Source: an uncultured Actinomycetes bacterium
Lineage (GTDB): Bacteria; Actinomycetota; Thermoleophilia; UBA2241
Direction of reading: 5' to 3'
DNA: 64,000 bases
Assembly: GCA_963725665.1 (NCBI GenBank)
Contig: CAVRZA010000006.1
Span: 352,001-416,000 of the forward strand
This document shows, in pieces, positions 10,879 to 21,345 of this stretch. Numbering within the stretch: position 1 is the stretch's first letter; every line of letters starts with the position of its first letter. Position numbers and translations under genes: made by a program. The notes under the pieces were generated by a model. It did not search any database. It was not told the DNA's origin and saw only the letters and a list, made by a program, of their open reading frames with translations.

Positions 10879-10891
10879 CGCGAGCGAGGGA

Positions 10892-12223
10892 CTACTTGAT
10901 CCAAGGCGGAAGCTGGAACGTCCCTTGCGTGTACGGCTCCGGGTAGATCAGCACCTGCTCCTGGTTCTGTATCTGGAAGGTGAGGTTCGGCAAGCCTAGA
11001 CCCGCATCGAGGGTGTAGACGTTGGGATCACCGGTGCCAGGGTACGAGATCGCTGTCAGGTCGGTTGGGGCGAAGTTGTACGAGCCGCACACGCCGCGGA
11101 ACTGATAGGCCTTGAGCATCTCGATGACCTTGGCGTGGTCGTCGGGCCCGCCTGCCCGGCTGGCCGCCGACCACCAGAGAAAGACTGCGTCGCGCTGTGC
11201 ACCGGCGAGACTGAGCCCCGGCGCCTGCTTGAACTTGGCGGTGAAGTCGGCCTGATACTTCTTACCGATCGCATCGGGGAGGATGCCGATGACGGTCGAC
11301 CAGATGACCCCGTTTGCAGCGTCACCGGTCAACTTCAGGTACTCGGGCACTGACGGGCCGTACTGCTCGTAGAGCAGTGACGGCGTCGGGTCGGCGCGGA
11401 ACTGCTTCGTAAACGAGGCCAGGTCACCGACGATGTAGTCAGCGTGAAAGACGACACCCGGGGGGTTGGCGCGGATCTTGGACAGCACCGGTCCCCACTC
11501 CGAGAGTGGCGCGTTCACCTTCTCGAAGATCGGGACCTGCCAGCCGTCCTTCTCCACGGCAGCCTTGAACTGGTTCGAGATGTTGACCGAGTACGCGTCG
11601 AGGCTGGTGATGATGGCCGCCGTCTTCTTGCTCGGTGTCCACTTCTTCGTCGCCTGCAGGCTCTTGAGGAGGCTGGCGAAGCTCGGGCCGTACGGCAACT
11701 CCGTCGGGCAGATCTGGAAGATGCTGCCTCGTTTCGCGAGATCCTGGGCGACCCAGTTCGCGTTGTCGGTCAGGGTGTTGTTGTGAAAGGCAGGGATGCC
11801 GGCCTGGACTATGGCTGGGTACTCGGCGCTCGCGGTGGTCGTGTAGCCCATGAAGAGCGCGGCGGGGTTGCCGCTCAGCACACGCTCCACCGCGTTCACC
11901 ACCTTGTCGGTCGAGAGGTCTTCGATGTCGCCGTACTCGACCGTGAGCTTGCGGCCCATGAGCCCGCCGAGCGCGTTCACCTGCGCGATGCCCATCTCGA
12001 TGCCAAGCTTCATCTGCGTCCCGTCGCCAGCGTACGCGCCGGTCAGCGGGTATGCCGCTCCCAGCTTCACAGGTGCGGTGTTGGCGGCAGTCGTGGTCGT
12101 GCCGCTCTCCTTGGGCGCCAGCCCGTAGCCGGCCGCGCCACCGACCACGAGACCTGCCACCGCGGCCCCGCCCGTCATTACCACTTCACGGCGGGTCATG
12201 CCCTTCTCAGACGAGGTACTCAT
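10892..12223 (-). CDS. ABC substrate-binding protein (LivJ/PBP1 type) with twin-arginine signal
   Basis: MTRREVV followed by a hydrophobic segment; PLTGAYAGDG...NALGGLMGRKL. Confidence 0.88.
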   Translation of the reverse strand: MSTSSEKGMTRREVVMTGGAAVAGLVVGGAAGYGLAPKESGTTTTAANTAPVKLGAAYPLTGAYAGDGTQMKLGIEMGIAQVNALGGLMGRKLTVEYGDIEDLSTDKVVNAVERVLSGNPAALFMGYTTTASAEYPAIVQAGIPAFHNNTLTDNANWVAQDLAKRGSIFQICPTELPYGPSFASLLKSLQATKKWTPSKKTAAIITSLDAYSVNISNQFKAAVEKDGWQVPIFEKVNAPLSEWGPVLSKIRANPPGVVFHADYIVGDLASFTKQFRADPTPSLLYEQYGPSVPEYLKLTGDAANGVIWSTVIGILPDAIGKKYQADFTAKFKQAPGLSLAGAQRDAVFLWWSAASRAGGPDDHAKVIEMLKAYQFRGVCGSYNFAPTDLTAISYPGTGDPNVYTLDAGLGLPNLTFQIQNQEQVLIYPEPYTQGTFQLPPWIK

Positions 12224-12356
12224 GCTGTTTCCCCCTTGGAACGACATTGCGACGGCGGCAAGGACGTGGTTCGAGAAAGAAGGGAGTGCGCTCCAGCCGG
12301 CCACGAACCATCGAGCTTGCCCCAGCCCCCTGTTTCGATTGGTCGTCCGCAGATTG

Positions 12357-12376
12357 TAGTTCGACCAGTCGAACTA
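12357..12376. promoter_or_regulatory. Palindromic operator, probably bound by the divergent TetR
   Basis: Perfect inverted repeat TAGTTCGAC-CA-GTCGAACTA between divergent genes; degenerate second copy TTCGATTGGTCG at about 12334-12345. Confidence 0.7.
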
Positions 12377-12442
12377 TACGGGCGCATGATATACCGTAGA
12401 CATGCCGAATCAAGTACGACGTGGGAGAAGCTGGGTGCCGTC

Positions 12443-13084
12443 ATGGAAAGCCTGAGCCCACCGATCGAGGACCTCGCCGCGACTCTCCCACCGACCGCCG
12501 CACGACTCTGCGCGGCGGCCAAGAGGATCCTCTCCGAACGCGGCTTTGCCGATCTCACGATCGATGCCGTCGCGCGCGAGGCCGGAGAGTACAAGGCCTC
12601 GGTCGCCTATTACTACGGCAACAAGTCAGGACTTCTCGCAGCGGTGGCCGACTCTGTCTACCCACGGGACGAATGTATGGCCACGGTGGCCGCGGCCGAG
12701 CAACACCCGCCCGGTGAGGAGCGAGTCCGCGCGCAGATGAAGGGGCTGCAAGCGATGGCCGAGGATCGGGACTCGATGCGCGCCTTCTGGGAGCTTCTGC
12801 CCCACATCCTGCGTGACGACCGGCTGCGCGGTGACTTCGCCGCAGTCTACGACTGGTACAGGCGCCTCGATGTGCGCATGTTCGGCGTCGATTCGCCCGA
12901 CAGCGAGGAACTCATGTACGCAGGCGCCCTCGTCGTTGCGGCGGTCGACGGCTTCGCCCTGCAGGCCTGCCTAGATCCGGAGGGATTCGACCTCGACAAA
13001 GCGTTCCTCGTGCTGCAGCGACTCGTGACGAGCTTCGTGCAGTCGCTGCAGCATAGTGACAGCGCGCCCCGAGCCATCGAATAG
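12443..13084 (+). CDS. TetR/AcrR-family transcriptional regulator
   Basis: AAKRILSERGFADLTIDAVAREAG...VAYYYGNKSGLL HTH. Confidence 0.88.
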   Translation: MESLSPPIEDLAATLPPTAARLCAAAKRILSERGFADLTIDAVAREAGEYKASVAYYYGNKSGLLAAVADSVYPRDECMATVAAAEQHPPGEERVRAQMKGLQAMAEDRDSMRAFWELLPHILRDDRLRGDFAAVYDWYRRLDVRMFGVDSPDSEELMYAGALVVAAVDGFALQACLDPEGFDLDKAFLVLQRLVTSFVQSLQHSDSAPRAIE

Positions 13085-13185
13085 ACACGCCGAGAGCTCG
13101 CACGGCGGACGCGTGTCGCGCGCGTGACAGGAGGACGCGCCCTTACATGTACAGGCCGAGGTTGCGTCTCTCCGTTCACCCGCCG

Positions 13186-14488
13186 TCAGGCTTTGCGCAC
13201 CAGCCCGGGCAGGCGCACCAGGCTCGGGAAGCGGTCGACGCGCAACGGCTGCAGGTCGATGGCTGGAGCCTCGTCAGCGACGACCTGGGCTACCAGCCGT
13301 CCGGTGCCGGGCCCGTACATCACGCCGCTCATGCAGTGGCCCGTCGCCAGGATGAGGTTGTCGTGGCGCGGGCTGCGGCCGATGACGGGCAGTCCATCGG
13401 GCGTCATCGGCCGCAGCCCGCGCCAGATCGCGCGGCGCTCGGCCCTGCCTACGCCGGAAAGGAAGCGCGCCACGCCATCCTGGATGCCGTCGAGGCGTTT
13501 GGGCAGGATGCGCGTGTTCATCCCCGAGAGCTCGAGCGTGCCGGCCAGCCGCAGCTCGTCGCCGAACGGCGTCACGCAGGCGTGCCCCTCGGGCAGGTAC
13601 AGCGCGTGGTCCGCCGGGACACCCTCCGGGCGGCGGATCGTGATGCTGTAGCCCTTGGCCGGCACCACCGGCAGGTCGAGACCCAGCCGCCTCGCGAGCT
13701 CCGTCGACCAGACGCCGGCGGCGAGCACCACGGTCTGCGCGGCGATGCGTCCGCGCGTGGTGGCCACCGCGACTACGCGGCGACCGAGGCAGTCGAAGCC
13801 GACGGCCTCGGTCGCCGTGAGCACGGTGGCCCCGCGCTTCTCCGCCAACCGCGCGAGCTGCCGCGTGAGCGCGCACGGGTCGACGCACGCGTCGTCGGGC
13901 GCGAAGGTACCGCCGGCGACGCCCGGCAATGCTGCCGGCACGCGCTCACGCACGCGCGCGGCGTCGACGATCTCCGTCTCGACGCCGAACGCCGTCCTCA
14001 TCGACTCGCTGTCAGCGGCCGCCGAGTGGAACGACTCCTCGGCGAGGTAGAGGCTCAGGATGCCGGTGTGCCGGTAGCCGGCGTCGAGCTCGCCCAGGGC
14101 GTCGAGCTCGTCGTAGGCGGCGATGCCCTCGAGGCCGAGAGCGCGGAGCGTCGGCATGCTCCTCCTCATCGGCGCCTCGCGCGCGGCCGCCGAGAACATG
14201 AGGAGCCAGCGGGCGAGACCAGCGGTCGAGGCGCGGCTTGATGTAGAGCGGGCTCGCTTCGTCGAGGAGCCACGCGAGCCCTCGGCCGAGGACGCCCGGC
14301 ACCGGGACCGGACGGACGTCGCTGGGCGTGATCAGGCCCGCGTTGCCGTAGGAACTCGCGTCGACAGGGCAGATCGAGTCCTCGCGCTCGATGAGCGTCA
14401 CCGCACGGCCCGCCTGCGCGAGGTAGTACGCGCAGGAGGTCCCAACGATGCCACCGCCGATGACGAGTACCTCGGTCTCACCGCCCAT
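13186..14488 (-). CDS. FAD-dependent D-amino acid dehydrogenase/oxidase family, frameshift near 14225
   Basis: VIGGGIVG, SSYGNAG in ORF 14012..14488; KGYS, GLRPMTPDGLPVIG, ATGH in ORF 13186..14199. Confidence 0.85.
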
Positions 14489-15623
14489 CGCGCGCCTCCT
14501 TCGTCACCGACCTCACACGCAGCCGATCTCGCCGGCGACCAATGACCGCAGCCTTCTCCCAGTCGAGCTCGAGACCCAGGCCCGGCGCCTCCGGCGCGCG
14601 CACGAGCCCCGCTTCGTCGGGACGGACGGGCGCGGAGACGGCGTACTCCCAGGGCTCGACCGGATACGGCAGCTCGAAATAGCTCACGTTGTCGAAGGCC
14701 AGCATGACGTGCAGCGCCGCGAGCTGGCTCGACGTGTGCCCGTAGCTCACCAGCTCGAGGTCCATGCCGAACGCCGCGGCCAACCGCATGAGCTCAACGA
14801 CCCAGGTGATCCCCAGCGTGCAGCCGACCTCCGCTCGCGCAGCGCTCCAGGGCGGGTCGCGCAGGGCCTCGGCGAACTGGCGCACGTCCCACATGGCGTA
14901 CCCCGCCGGCAGGATGGGTACTGCGACGCGCGCCAGGAGCTCGCGGTAGCCGGCGAGGTCGAAGTCCGGCAGCGGCGCCTCGAACCAGCGGCAGTCGAGC
15001 TCCTCACAAGCGCGCGCGACGATCAGCGCCTCGCGCCGGTCGTAAACCCCCTCCGCGTCGTGCATGAGCGTGAGGTCGAGGTCTTGGGCGCGTAGCCGCC
15101 GCAGCAGCGCGACGTCTCGCCGAGGGTCGCCCCAGGCGTGCACCTTCAACGCCGAGATGCCCTCGGCGCGCGCACGGGCGGCGACGTCCAGGTACTCCTC
15201 CTCCGCATCCATCGTCGTGAGCGACGCGTAGGCGCGAATCGACCCCCGCGTGCCGCCGAGGAACCGGTACAGGGGCAGACCGGCCCGTCGCGCGGCCAGA
15301 TCCCAGAGCGCCACGTCGAGCACGGCCAGAGGCCCCGGCGAGAAGGGGAACACGACCCCGATGCGCATCTCCTCGAGGAACTGCTTGCGCGAGTCCACGC
15401 TGCGGCCCAGCAGCGCGGGCGCCAGCGACCGTACCGATTCGACGACCGAAAGATCCACGTCTGCGGGCGTGTAGGAGTCGAAGCCGCCGACACCCTCGCA
15501 GCCGTCGCTGTCGGTCACCCTGACGAACGTCGTGCTCAGAAAGCAGCGGCCCGCGCGCTCCGTCCAGCGCAAGCTGAAGTCGGGCCTGATGGCCATCGCC
15601 TCGATGCGCGCGATCGTCGCCAC
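14478..15623 (-). CDS. Mandelate racemase / muconate lactonising enzyme family (atypical motifs)
   Basis: DVALWDLAAR...PLYRFLGG, WFEAPL, PEAPGLGLELD; start uncertain (GTG 15623 or 15665). Confidence 0.82.
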   Translation of the reverse strand: MATIARIEAMAIRPDFSLRWTERAGRCFLSTTFVRVTDSDGCEGVGGFDSYTPADVDLSVVESVRSLAPALLGRSVDSRKQFLEEMRIGVVFPFSPGPLAVLDVALWDLAARRAGLPLYRFLGGTRGSIRAYASLTTMDAEEEYLDVAARARAEGISALKVHAWGDPRRDVALLRRLRAQDLDLTLMHDAEGVYDRREALIVARACEELDCRWFEAPLPDFDLAGYRELLARVAVPILPAGYAMWDVRQFAEALRDPPWSAARAEVGCTLGITWVVELMRLAAAFGMDLELVSYGHTSSQLAALHVMLAFDNVSYFELPYPVEPWEYAVSAPVRPDEAGLVRAPEAPGLGLELDWEKAAVIGRRRDRLRVRSVTKEARDGR

Positions 15624-15661
15624 GCCTCGCCGACCTCTCGCCGGGGGTGATGGGCGCGCGC

Positions 15662-15973
15662 TCACTCCTCCGTTGGCTCCTGCCTCGGCTCCGGCGCCTC
15701 GGGGAGGTTCTTGATGTTCTCGCGCGCCAGCCACTTGCTGTAGTTGTCGCCGATGGCGTCGAGCAGCTCCTTCATGAAGCGCGGCGACATGTTCACCCGC
15801 GTCACGACCACCCCGTTGAGCTCCGGTGTCTCCTCGTTCTCGTGGTCGAGCCTCATGAAGGTGATCGAGAACTCGTAGTCGGAGTGGCTGACGTTGGCGA
15901 AGTTGGCGTACACGCCGGCCATCATCTCAGGCGTGGCGTGGATGTTGATGTGCCGTTCCTGACTCGAGTCCAT
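15662..15973 (-). CDS. DUF3467-like small protein
   Basis: GVYANFANVSHSDYEFSITF...RVNMSP pattern; GGAGG RBS. Confidence 0.75.
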   Translation of the reverse strand: MDSSQERHINIHATPEMMAGVYANFANVSHSDYEFSITFMRLDHENEETPELNGVVVTRVNMSPRFMKELLDAIGDNYSKWLARENIKNLPEAPEPRQEPTEE

Positions 15974-15999
15974 GCTCGCCTCCCAGATGATGTCGCGTC

Positions 16000-16998
16000 C
16001 TAGACGCGCGCCGCGATCGCCCGCGCCATCTCACGCGTGCCGGCCGATCCGCCCAGGTCGTACGTGACGTCGCGGCCTTCGCCGATCACCGCCGCCACGG
16101 CGGCGTACACGCGTTCGGCCGCCTCGGCCTCGCCGAGGTGCTGCAGCATGAGCACGCCCGAGAGCAGCAGGGCGGTGGGGTTCACCTTGTTCTGGCCCGT
16201 GTACTTGGGCGCGCTGCCGTGGACGGGCTCGAAGACGGCGGCCTCGGCGCCGATGTTCGCCCCGGGCGCGACGCCGAGGCCGCCGACGAGCCCGGCACAG
16301 AGGTCGCTGACGATGTCGCCGTAGAGATTGGGCAGCACGAGCACGTCGTAGAGCTCGGGCTTCTGCACGAGCTGCATGCACATGTTGTCGACGATGCGGT
16401 CCTCGAACTCGATGTCGGGATACTCCTCGGCGACGTCGCGCGCCACACGCAAGAAGAGCCCGTCGCTGAGCTTCATGATGTTGGCCTTGTGCACCGCCGT
16501 CACCTTGTGGCGGCCCTGGCGGCGCGCGTAGTCGAAGGCGAAGCGCACGATGCGCTCGCTCGCCGCGCGGGTGATGATCTTGATGCTCTCGGCGGCGTCG
16601 GCGCCCACCATATGCTCGATACCGGCGTAGAGGTCCTCGGTGTTCTCGCGCACCACCACCAGGTCGATGCCCTCGTAGCGGCTCCTCACTCCCTTGATGG
16701 AGCGCGCGGGGCGCAGGCAGGCGTAGAGGTCGAGCTCCTTACGCAACGCGACGTTGACGCTGCGAAAGCCGGAGCCGACCGGGGTGGTGATGGGTCCCTT
16801 GATGGCGACCTTGTTGCGCCTCACCGACTCGAGGACGGGCTCGGGGAGCGGCGTGCCGTACTCCTCCATGACGTCGAGGCCGGCCTGCCGGCGCTCCCAT
16901 TCGATGGGCACGCCGGTGGCCTCGATCACCGTGACGAGGGCATCGACCAGCTCGGGGCCGGTGCCGTCGCCGGGGATCAGGGTCACGCGGTGGGTCAT
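16000..16998 (-). CDS. Isocitrate/homoisocitrate/isopropylmalate dehydrogenase family (NAD-IDH-like)
   Basis: [50 protein letters not shown]. Confidence 0.92.
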   Translation of the reverse strand: MTHRVTLIPGDGTGPELVDALVTVIEATGVPIEWERRQAGLDVMEEYGTPLPEPVLESVRRNKVAIKGPITTPVGSGFRSVNVALRKELDLYACLRPARSIKGVRSRYEGIDLVVVRENTEDLYAGIEHMVGADAAESIKIITRAASERIVRFAFDYARRQGRHKVTAVHKANIMKLSDGLFLRVARDVAEEYPDIEFEDRIVDNMCMQLVQKPELYDVLVLPNLYGDIVSDLCAGLVGGLGVAPGANIGAEAAVFEPVHGSAPKYTGQNKVNPTALLLSGVLMLQHLGEAEAAERVYAAVAAVIGEGRDVTYDLGGSAGTREMARAIAARV

Positions 16999-17161
16999 GG
17001 CGCTCCTTCTCTCGTGACGTACGCGCGCCGTGACGGCGGTTCATCTCGGAGACGACGACCTCGGCGACGCACTCCAACCTTACACCGCAGAGCCCGGTCG
17101 TTCGACGGGCGCGCAGAGCGACGCGCTCAGAGGCGCGCAGCGCGCGTGGCGAACGGCGACT

Positions 17162-17737
17162 CTAGTCGCCCTCGTCGTGCCGACCGAGTCGCAGTCGCGA
17201 CTCGGTCGGCCCCACTTGCCCCTGGTACTTGCTCTCGAGCCCTGGGGACGCGTAGGGCCGCTCCGCCGGCGTCGTCATGGTAAGGAACGAGATCTGCGCC
17301 ACGCGCATGCCCGGGTAGAGCAGGATGGGCACCGTGGCGACGTTGGAGAGCTCGAGGGTGATCTGGCCCTCGAAGCCGGGATCGACGTAGCCGGCGGTCG
17401 AGTGGATGATCAGGCCGACACGCCCCAGGCTGCTCTTGCCCTCGAGCCGCCCCACGAGGTCGGCGGGCACGCGCACGCGCTCCAGGGTGCTCCCCAGCAC
17501 GAACTCCCCGGGATGCAGCGCGAAGCGGCCGCCTTCTTCGACCTCGACCAGCTCGGTCAGGTCGGTCTGGTCCCGCGCGAGGTCGACGTGCGTGTGCCGG
17601 TGGCGCGTGAAAACGCGGAACGTCCTCGCCAGACGCAGGTCGACGCTCGCCGGCTGGATGGCGGCCTCGTCGAGAGGGTCGATGCCGATCGACCCCGCGG
17701 CAAGGCGTTCACGCAGGCTCCTGTCGGAGAGGATCAT
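17162..17737 (-). CDS. dcd: dCTP deaminase
   Basis: MILSD, IQPASVDLRL, EGKSSLGR, DPGFEGQITLEL, KYQGQ. Confidence 0.95.
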   Translation of the reverse strand: MILSDRSLRERLAAGSIGIDPLDEAAIQPASVDLRLARTFRVFTRHRHTHVDLARDQTDLTELVEVEEGGRFALHPGEFVLGSTLERVRVPADLVGRLEGKSSLGRVGLIIHSTAGYVDPGFEGQITLELSNVATVPILLYPGMRVAQISFLTMTTPAERPYASPGLESKYQGQVGPTESRLRLGRHDEGD

Positions 17738-17780
17738 CTGCGGCCGAGCGCAGTGACGGCCGGTGGGCCCGGCGACGACA

Positions 17781-18320
17781 TCAGCCCTCGGGCAGAGCGA
17801 ACCCGCCGTGCTTCTTGAGATGCTCGACGAGGCCGCCGTCGCTCAAGATCGTGACCATCACCGCCGGCAGGGGGACGAACGAGACGACGCTCCCCGTCGT
17901 CAGGTCGCGCACCTCGCCAGCGGCCAGGTCGACCTCGAGCTGGTCGCCCAGGCTCACGCCGGACGTGTCGCACTGGAGCACCGGCAGACCGACGTTGATC
18001 GCGTTGCGGAAGAAGATGCGCGCGAACGACTGCGCCAGCACCGCGCCGACGCCGGCCAGCTTGATGATCCGCGGGGCGTGCTCGCGGCTCGAGCCGAGGC
18101 CGAAGTTGCGCCCGGCGACGATGAAGTCGCCCGGCGACAGCTTCTGCGCGAACTCGGGGTCGGCGTCCTCCATGACGTGCTTGGCGAGCTCGGGCAGGTC
18201 GGTGCGCAGGTGGAACAACCGCCCCGGGGCGATGTGGTCGGTCGAGATGTCGTCGCCGAACAGCCAGGCACGGCCGCGCAGAACGGCCTCGACGGCGGGA
18301 GCTTCGGCGTCCACGGACAC
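17781..18320 (-). CDS. LeuD/homoaconitase-type small subunit
   Basis: FGDDISTDHIAPG, NFGLGSSREHA, SFARIFFRNAINVGLP. Confidence 0.9.
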   Translation of the reverse strand: MSVDAEAPAVEAVLRGRAWLFGDDISTDHIAPGRLFHLRTDLPELAKHVMEDADPEFAQKLSPGDFIVAGRNFGLGSSREHAPRIIKLAGVGAVLAQSFARIFFRNAINVGLPVLQCDTSGVSLGDQLEVDLAAGEVRDLTTGSVVSFVPLPAVMVTILSDGGLVEHLKKHGGFALPEG

Positions 18321-18322
18321 CG

Positions 18323-18832
18323 TCAGCTCTCCTCGATCTCGATGCGGGTGACGGCGAGACCCGGCTCGCGCGCCGTCGTCGGGTCGCGTTCGGGGATGGC
18401 GAGGACGACGTCGAAGCCCTCGACCACCCTGCCGAAGACGGTGTGGCGGTCGTCCAGGTGCGGCGTCGGTGCGTGGGTGATGAAGAACTGCGAGCCGTTG
18501 GTGCCGGGGCCGGCGTTGGCCATCGAGAGCACGCCGGGGCCGTCGTGGCGCAGTGACGGGTCGAACTCGTCGGCGAAGGTGTAGCCGGGACCGCCGCGGC
18601 CGGTGCCCGTAGGGTCGCCGCCCTGCGCCATGAAGCCCTTGATGACACGGTGGAAGGTCACACCGTCGTAGTAGCCTTCGCGGGCGAGGAAGACGAAGTT
18701 GTTGACGGTCCGCGGCGCCTTCTCGGCGTAGAGCTCCGCGACGATGTCGCCGATCGGGGTGACTAGCCGCGCCGTATAGCGTTTGGCGGGGTCGATGACG
18801 AGCGGGGGCGCGGAGGAGTAGGTCTTGGCCAT
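18323..18832 (-). CDS. ppiA: Cyclophilin-type peptidyl-prolyl cis-trans isomerase
   Basis: [44 protein letters not shown]. Confidence 0.93.
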   Translation of the reverse strand: MAKTYSSAPPLVIDPAKRYTARLVTPIGDIVAELYAEKAPRTVNNFVFLAREGYYDGVTFHRVIKGFMAQGGDPTGTGRGGPGYTFADEFDPSLRHDGPGVLSMANAGPGTNGSQFFITHAPTPHLDDRHTVFGRVVEGFDVVLAIPERDPTTAREPGLAVTRIEIEES

Positions 18833-20115
18833 CAGAGGAGCTCCCTCGGGTCGACGATGGCACCGGCCACGGCGCAGGCCGCGGCGGTGACCGGCGAGGC
18901 GATGTAGATCGTGGACTGGGGGTTGCCCATCCGCCCCAGGAAGTTGCGGTTCTGTGTAGTGACGCAGACCTCGCCGTCGGCCGGCACGCCGGCGTGCACA
19001 CCGACGCAGGGGCCGCAGCCGGGAGTAGTGAAGACGGCGCCGGCGTCGATGAAGACCTCGACCAGCCCCTCGACGATGGCGGCGCGCTGCACGGCTTGCG
19101 AGGCCGGCGTGATGATGAGGCGCACGTGGGGCGCGCGGCGGCGGCCGCGCAAGACGGCCGCCGCCGCGCGCAGGTCCTCGAGGCGACCGTTGGTGCAGGT
19201 GCCGATGAACACCTGGTCGATCTTCGCGCCGGCAAGCTCGGCGGCCGAGTGGGCGTTGTCGACGGTGTGCGGCGCTGACATCGTCGGCACGACGCTGCGC
19301 GCCGCGAAGCTCAGCACGCGCTCGTAGGCCGCCCCGGGGCCGGGCGCGAGCGGACGCCATTCAGCCTCGCGCCCGCGCCCCGCCAGGAACGCGCGCGTCA
19401 CCTCGTCGCTGGCCATCATGCCGGCCTTGGCGCCGGACTCTACCGACATGTTGGCAAGCGTGAGGCGCCCGTGCATCGGTAGCCGCTCTATCGCCTCGCC
19501 GCCGAACTCGAGCGCCTCGTAGGTCGCCCCGTCGGCGCCGATCGTGCCGATGATCGTCAGCATCAGGTCCTTGGCCATGACGCCGGTCGCGAACGGCCCC
19601 CAGGCCCCATCACCGTCGGCGACGGGGTCGGTGACCTCGATGCGCACCGTCTCGGGCACGCGCAGCCAGGTCTTGCCGCTGGCCATGCCGACGGCGACGT
19701 CTGTCGAGCCCATGCCCGTGGCGAACGCGCCCAGCGCGCCGGCCGTGCAGGTGTGAGAGTCGGCGCCGATCACGACGTCGCCGGGCCGCGCGTAGCTCTC
19801 CGCGACGCGCTGGTGGGAGATGCCCTGCTCGATGTCCGACAGCGTCGCGCCCGTCTCGGCGCAGAAGTCGCGGATGGTCCGCTGGGCGTTGGAGAGCTCG
19901 GCGCGCGGCGAGGGGGCGGCGTGGTCGATGAAGAAGACCGACTGCGGGACCTTGAGCGCGCCCCAGTCGAGCTCGCGGATCTGCTGGATGGTGAGCGGGC
20001 CCGTGCCGTCCTGGGCGATCGCGAGGTCGACGTCGGCGACCACGATCTGTCCAGGCCGCACGGGCTGGCCGGCATGGGCGCCGATGATCTTCTCGGCCAG
20101 GGTCTCGGCCGTCAC
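18832..20115 (-). CDS. LeuC/homoaconitase-type large subunit
   Basis: [40 protein letters not shown]. Confidence 0.92.
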   Translation of the reverse strand: MTAETLAEKIIGAHAGQPVRPGQIVVADVDLAIAQDGTGPLTIQQIRELDWGALKVPQSVFFIDHAAPSPRAELSNAQRTIRDFCAETGATLSDIEQGISHQRVAESYARPGDVVIGADSHTCTAGALGAFATGMGSTDVAVGMASGKTWLRVPETVRIEVTDPVADGDGAWGPFATGVMAKDLMLTIIGTIGADGATYEALEFGGEAIERLPMHGRLTLANMSVESGAKAGMMASDEVTRAFLAGRGREAEWRPLAPGPGAAYERVLSFAARSVVPTMSAPHTVDNAHSAAELAGAKIDQVFIGTCTNGRLEDLRAAAAVLRGRRRAPHVRLIITPASQAVQRAAIVEGLVEVFIDAGAVFTTPGCGPCVGVHAGVPADGEVCVTTQNRNFLGRMGNPQSTIYIASPVTAAACAVAGAIVDPRELL

Positions 20116-21345
20116 CGCGCCTGCACCCCGCGCGTGCCGACGGGGACCATGTCGCCCTTGTGCGCCAGCCAGTCCGTGTAGATGTACATGAGCTCCTTGT
20201 CGAAGAGCGCCCGCTTGAGCTCGACGGCCGTCGTGCGCACGAGGGCGAGGATCTCGTTGCACTCCTCCGCCGTGAGCTCGAGCCCGAACTCCTGGAACTT
20301 GCGGTAGACGGCGCGCGACCCCGAGTGCTTGCCGATGACGATCTGCCGCTCGAGGCCCACGTCCTCGGGTGCGAAGGCCTCGTAGTTGAGCGGGTTCTTG
20401 ATGACGCCGTCGGCGTGGATGCCCGACTCATGGGCGAAGACGTTGGTGCCCACGATCGACTTCCAGGCCGGGATGGTGCGCGCGGAGGCGGCGGCCACGT
20501 ACTCGGAGAGCTCGCGGAAGCGGGTCGTGTGCAAGCCGACGTCGACCTTGCCGATGTACTTGAGCGCCATGACGACCTCCTCGAGCGCCGCGTTGCCCGC
20601 GCGCTCGCCCAGGCCGTTCACGGTCGTGTTGACCCAGGTGGCGCCGGCCTTGATGCCGGCGAGCGTGTTGGCCGTCGCCATGCCGAAGTCGTCGTGCGTG
20701 TGCATCTCGATGTCGATGCCCACCTGCTTCCTCAAGAAGCTGATCACGTTGTAGGTGTCGAAGGGATCGAGGATCCCGAGCGTGTCGCAGAAACGCAGGC
20801 GGTCGGCGCCGACCTCCTTGGCCGCCTTGCCGAAGCGCACCAGGAAGTCGAGATCGGCGCGCGAGGCGTCCTCGCCGTTGACCGAGACGTACAGACCCTT
20901 CGACTTGGCGTAGTCGACACAGCTCTTGATCTGCTCGAGGACCCAGGAGCGTGACTTCTTCAACTTGTGCTCGATGTGGATGTCGCTCGCCGACATCGAG
21001 ATCGCCACCGCAGTCGACGCCGCAGTCGAGCGAGTGGTCGATGTCGGCCACGACGGCGCGGTTCCAAGCGAGGATCGAGGTGTGCAGCCCCATGTCGACG
21101 ATCTCTTTGATCGTCCCCTTCTCGTCGCCCCCCATCGCGGGGATGCCGACCTCGATCTGGTGGATGCCGACCTCGTCGAGAAGTCTCGCGATACGCTTCT
21201 TCTCGTGATTGGAGAACACGACGCCGGCGGTCTGCTCGCCGTCGCGCAGCGTGGTGTCATCGACCAGGATCGCCGGGCCCTGCTGCGGCGGTCCCTCTTC
21301 GATGACGAACGTGGAGAGGTCGCTTGCGGACACGGTATCACTCAC
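20112..21345 (-). CDS. Homocitrate synthase NifV / Re-citrate synthase-like (DRE-TIM), frameshift near 21012
   Basis: DTTLRDGEQ in ORF 20428..21507; HTHDDFGMATAN, GLGERAGNA, HESGIHADG, GKHSG in ORF 20112..21341; no LeuA regulatory domain. Confidence 0.88.

Noticed and set aside
11444-12442. Apparent 333-aa N-terminal extension on the TetR
   Set aside because: It overlaps the binding-protein gene antisense; the HTH starts shortly after the ATG at 12443.
20112-21345. nifV as evidence of nitrogen fixation
   Set aside because: No nif genes nearby; the context is aconitase and dehydrogenase genes.
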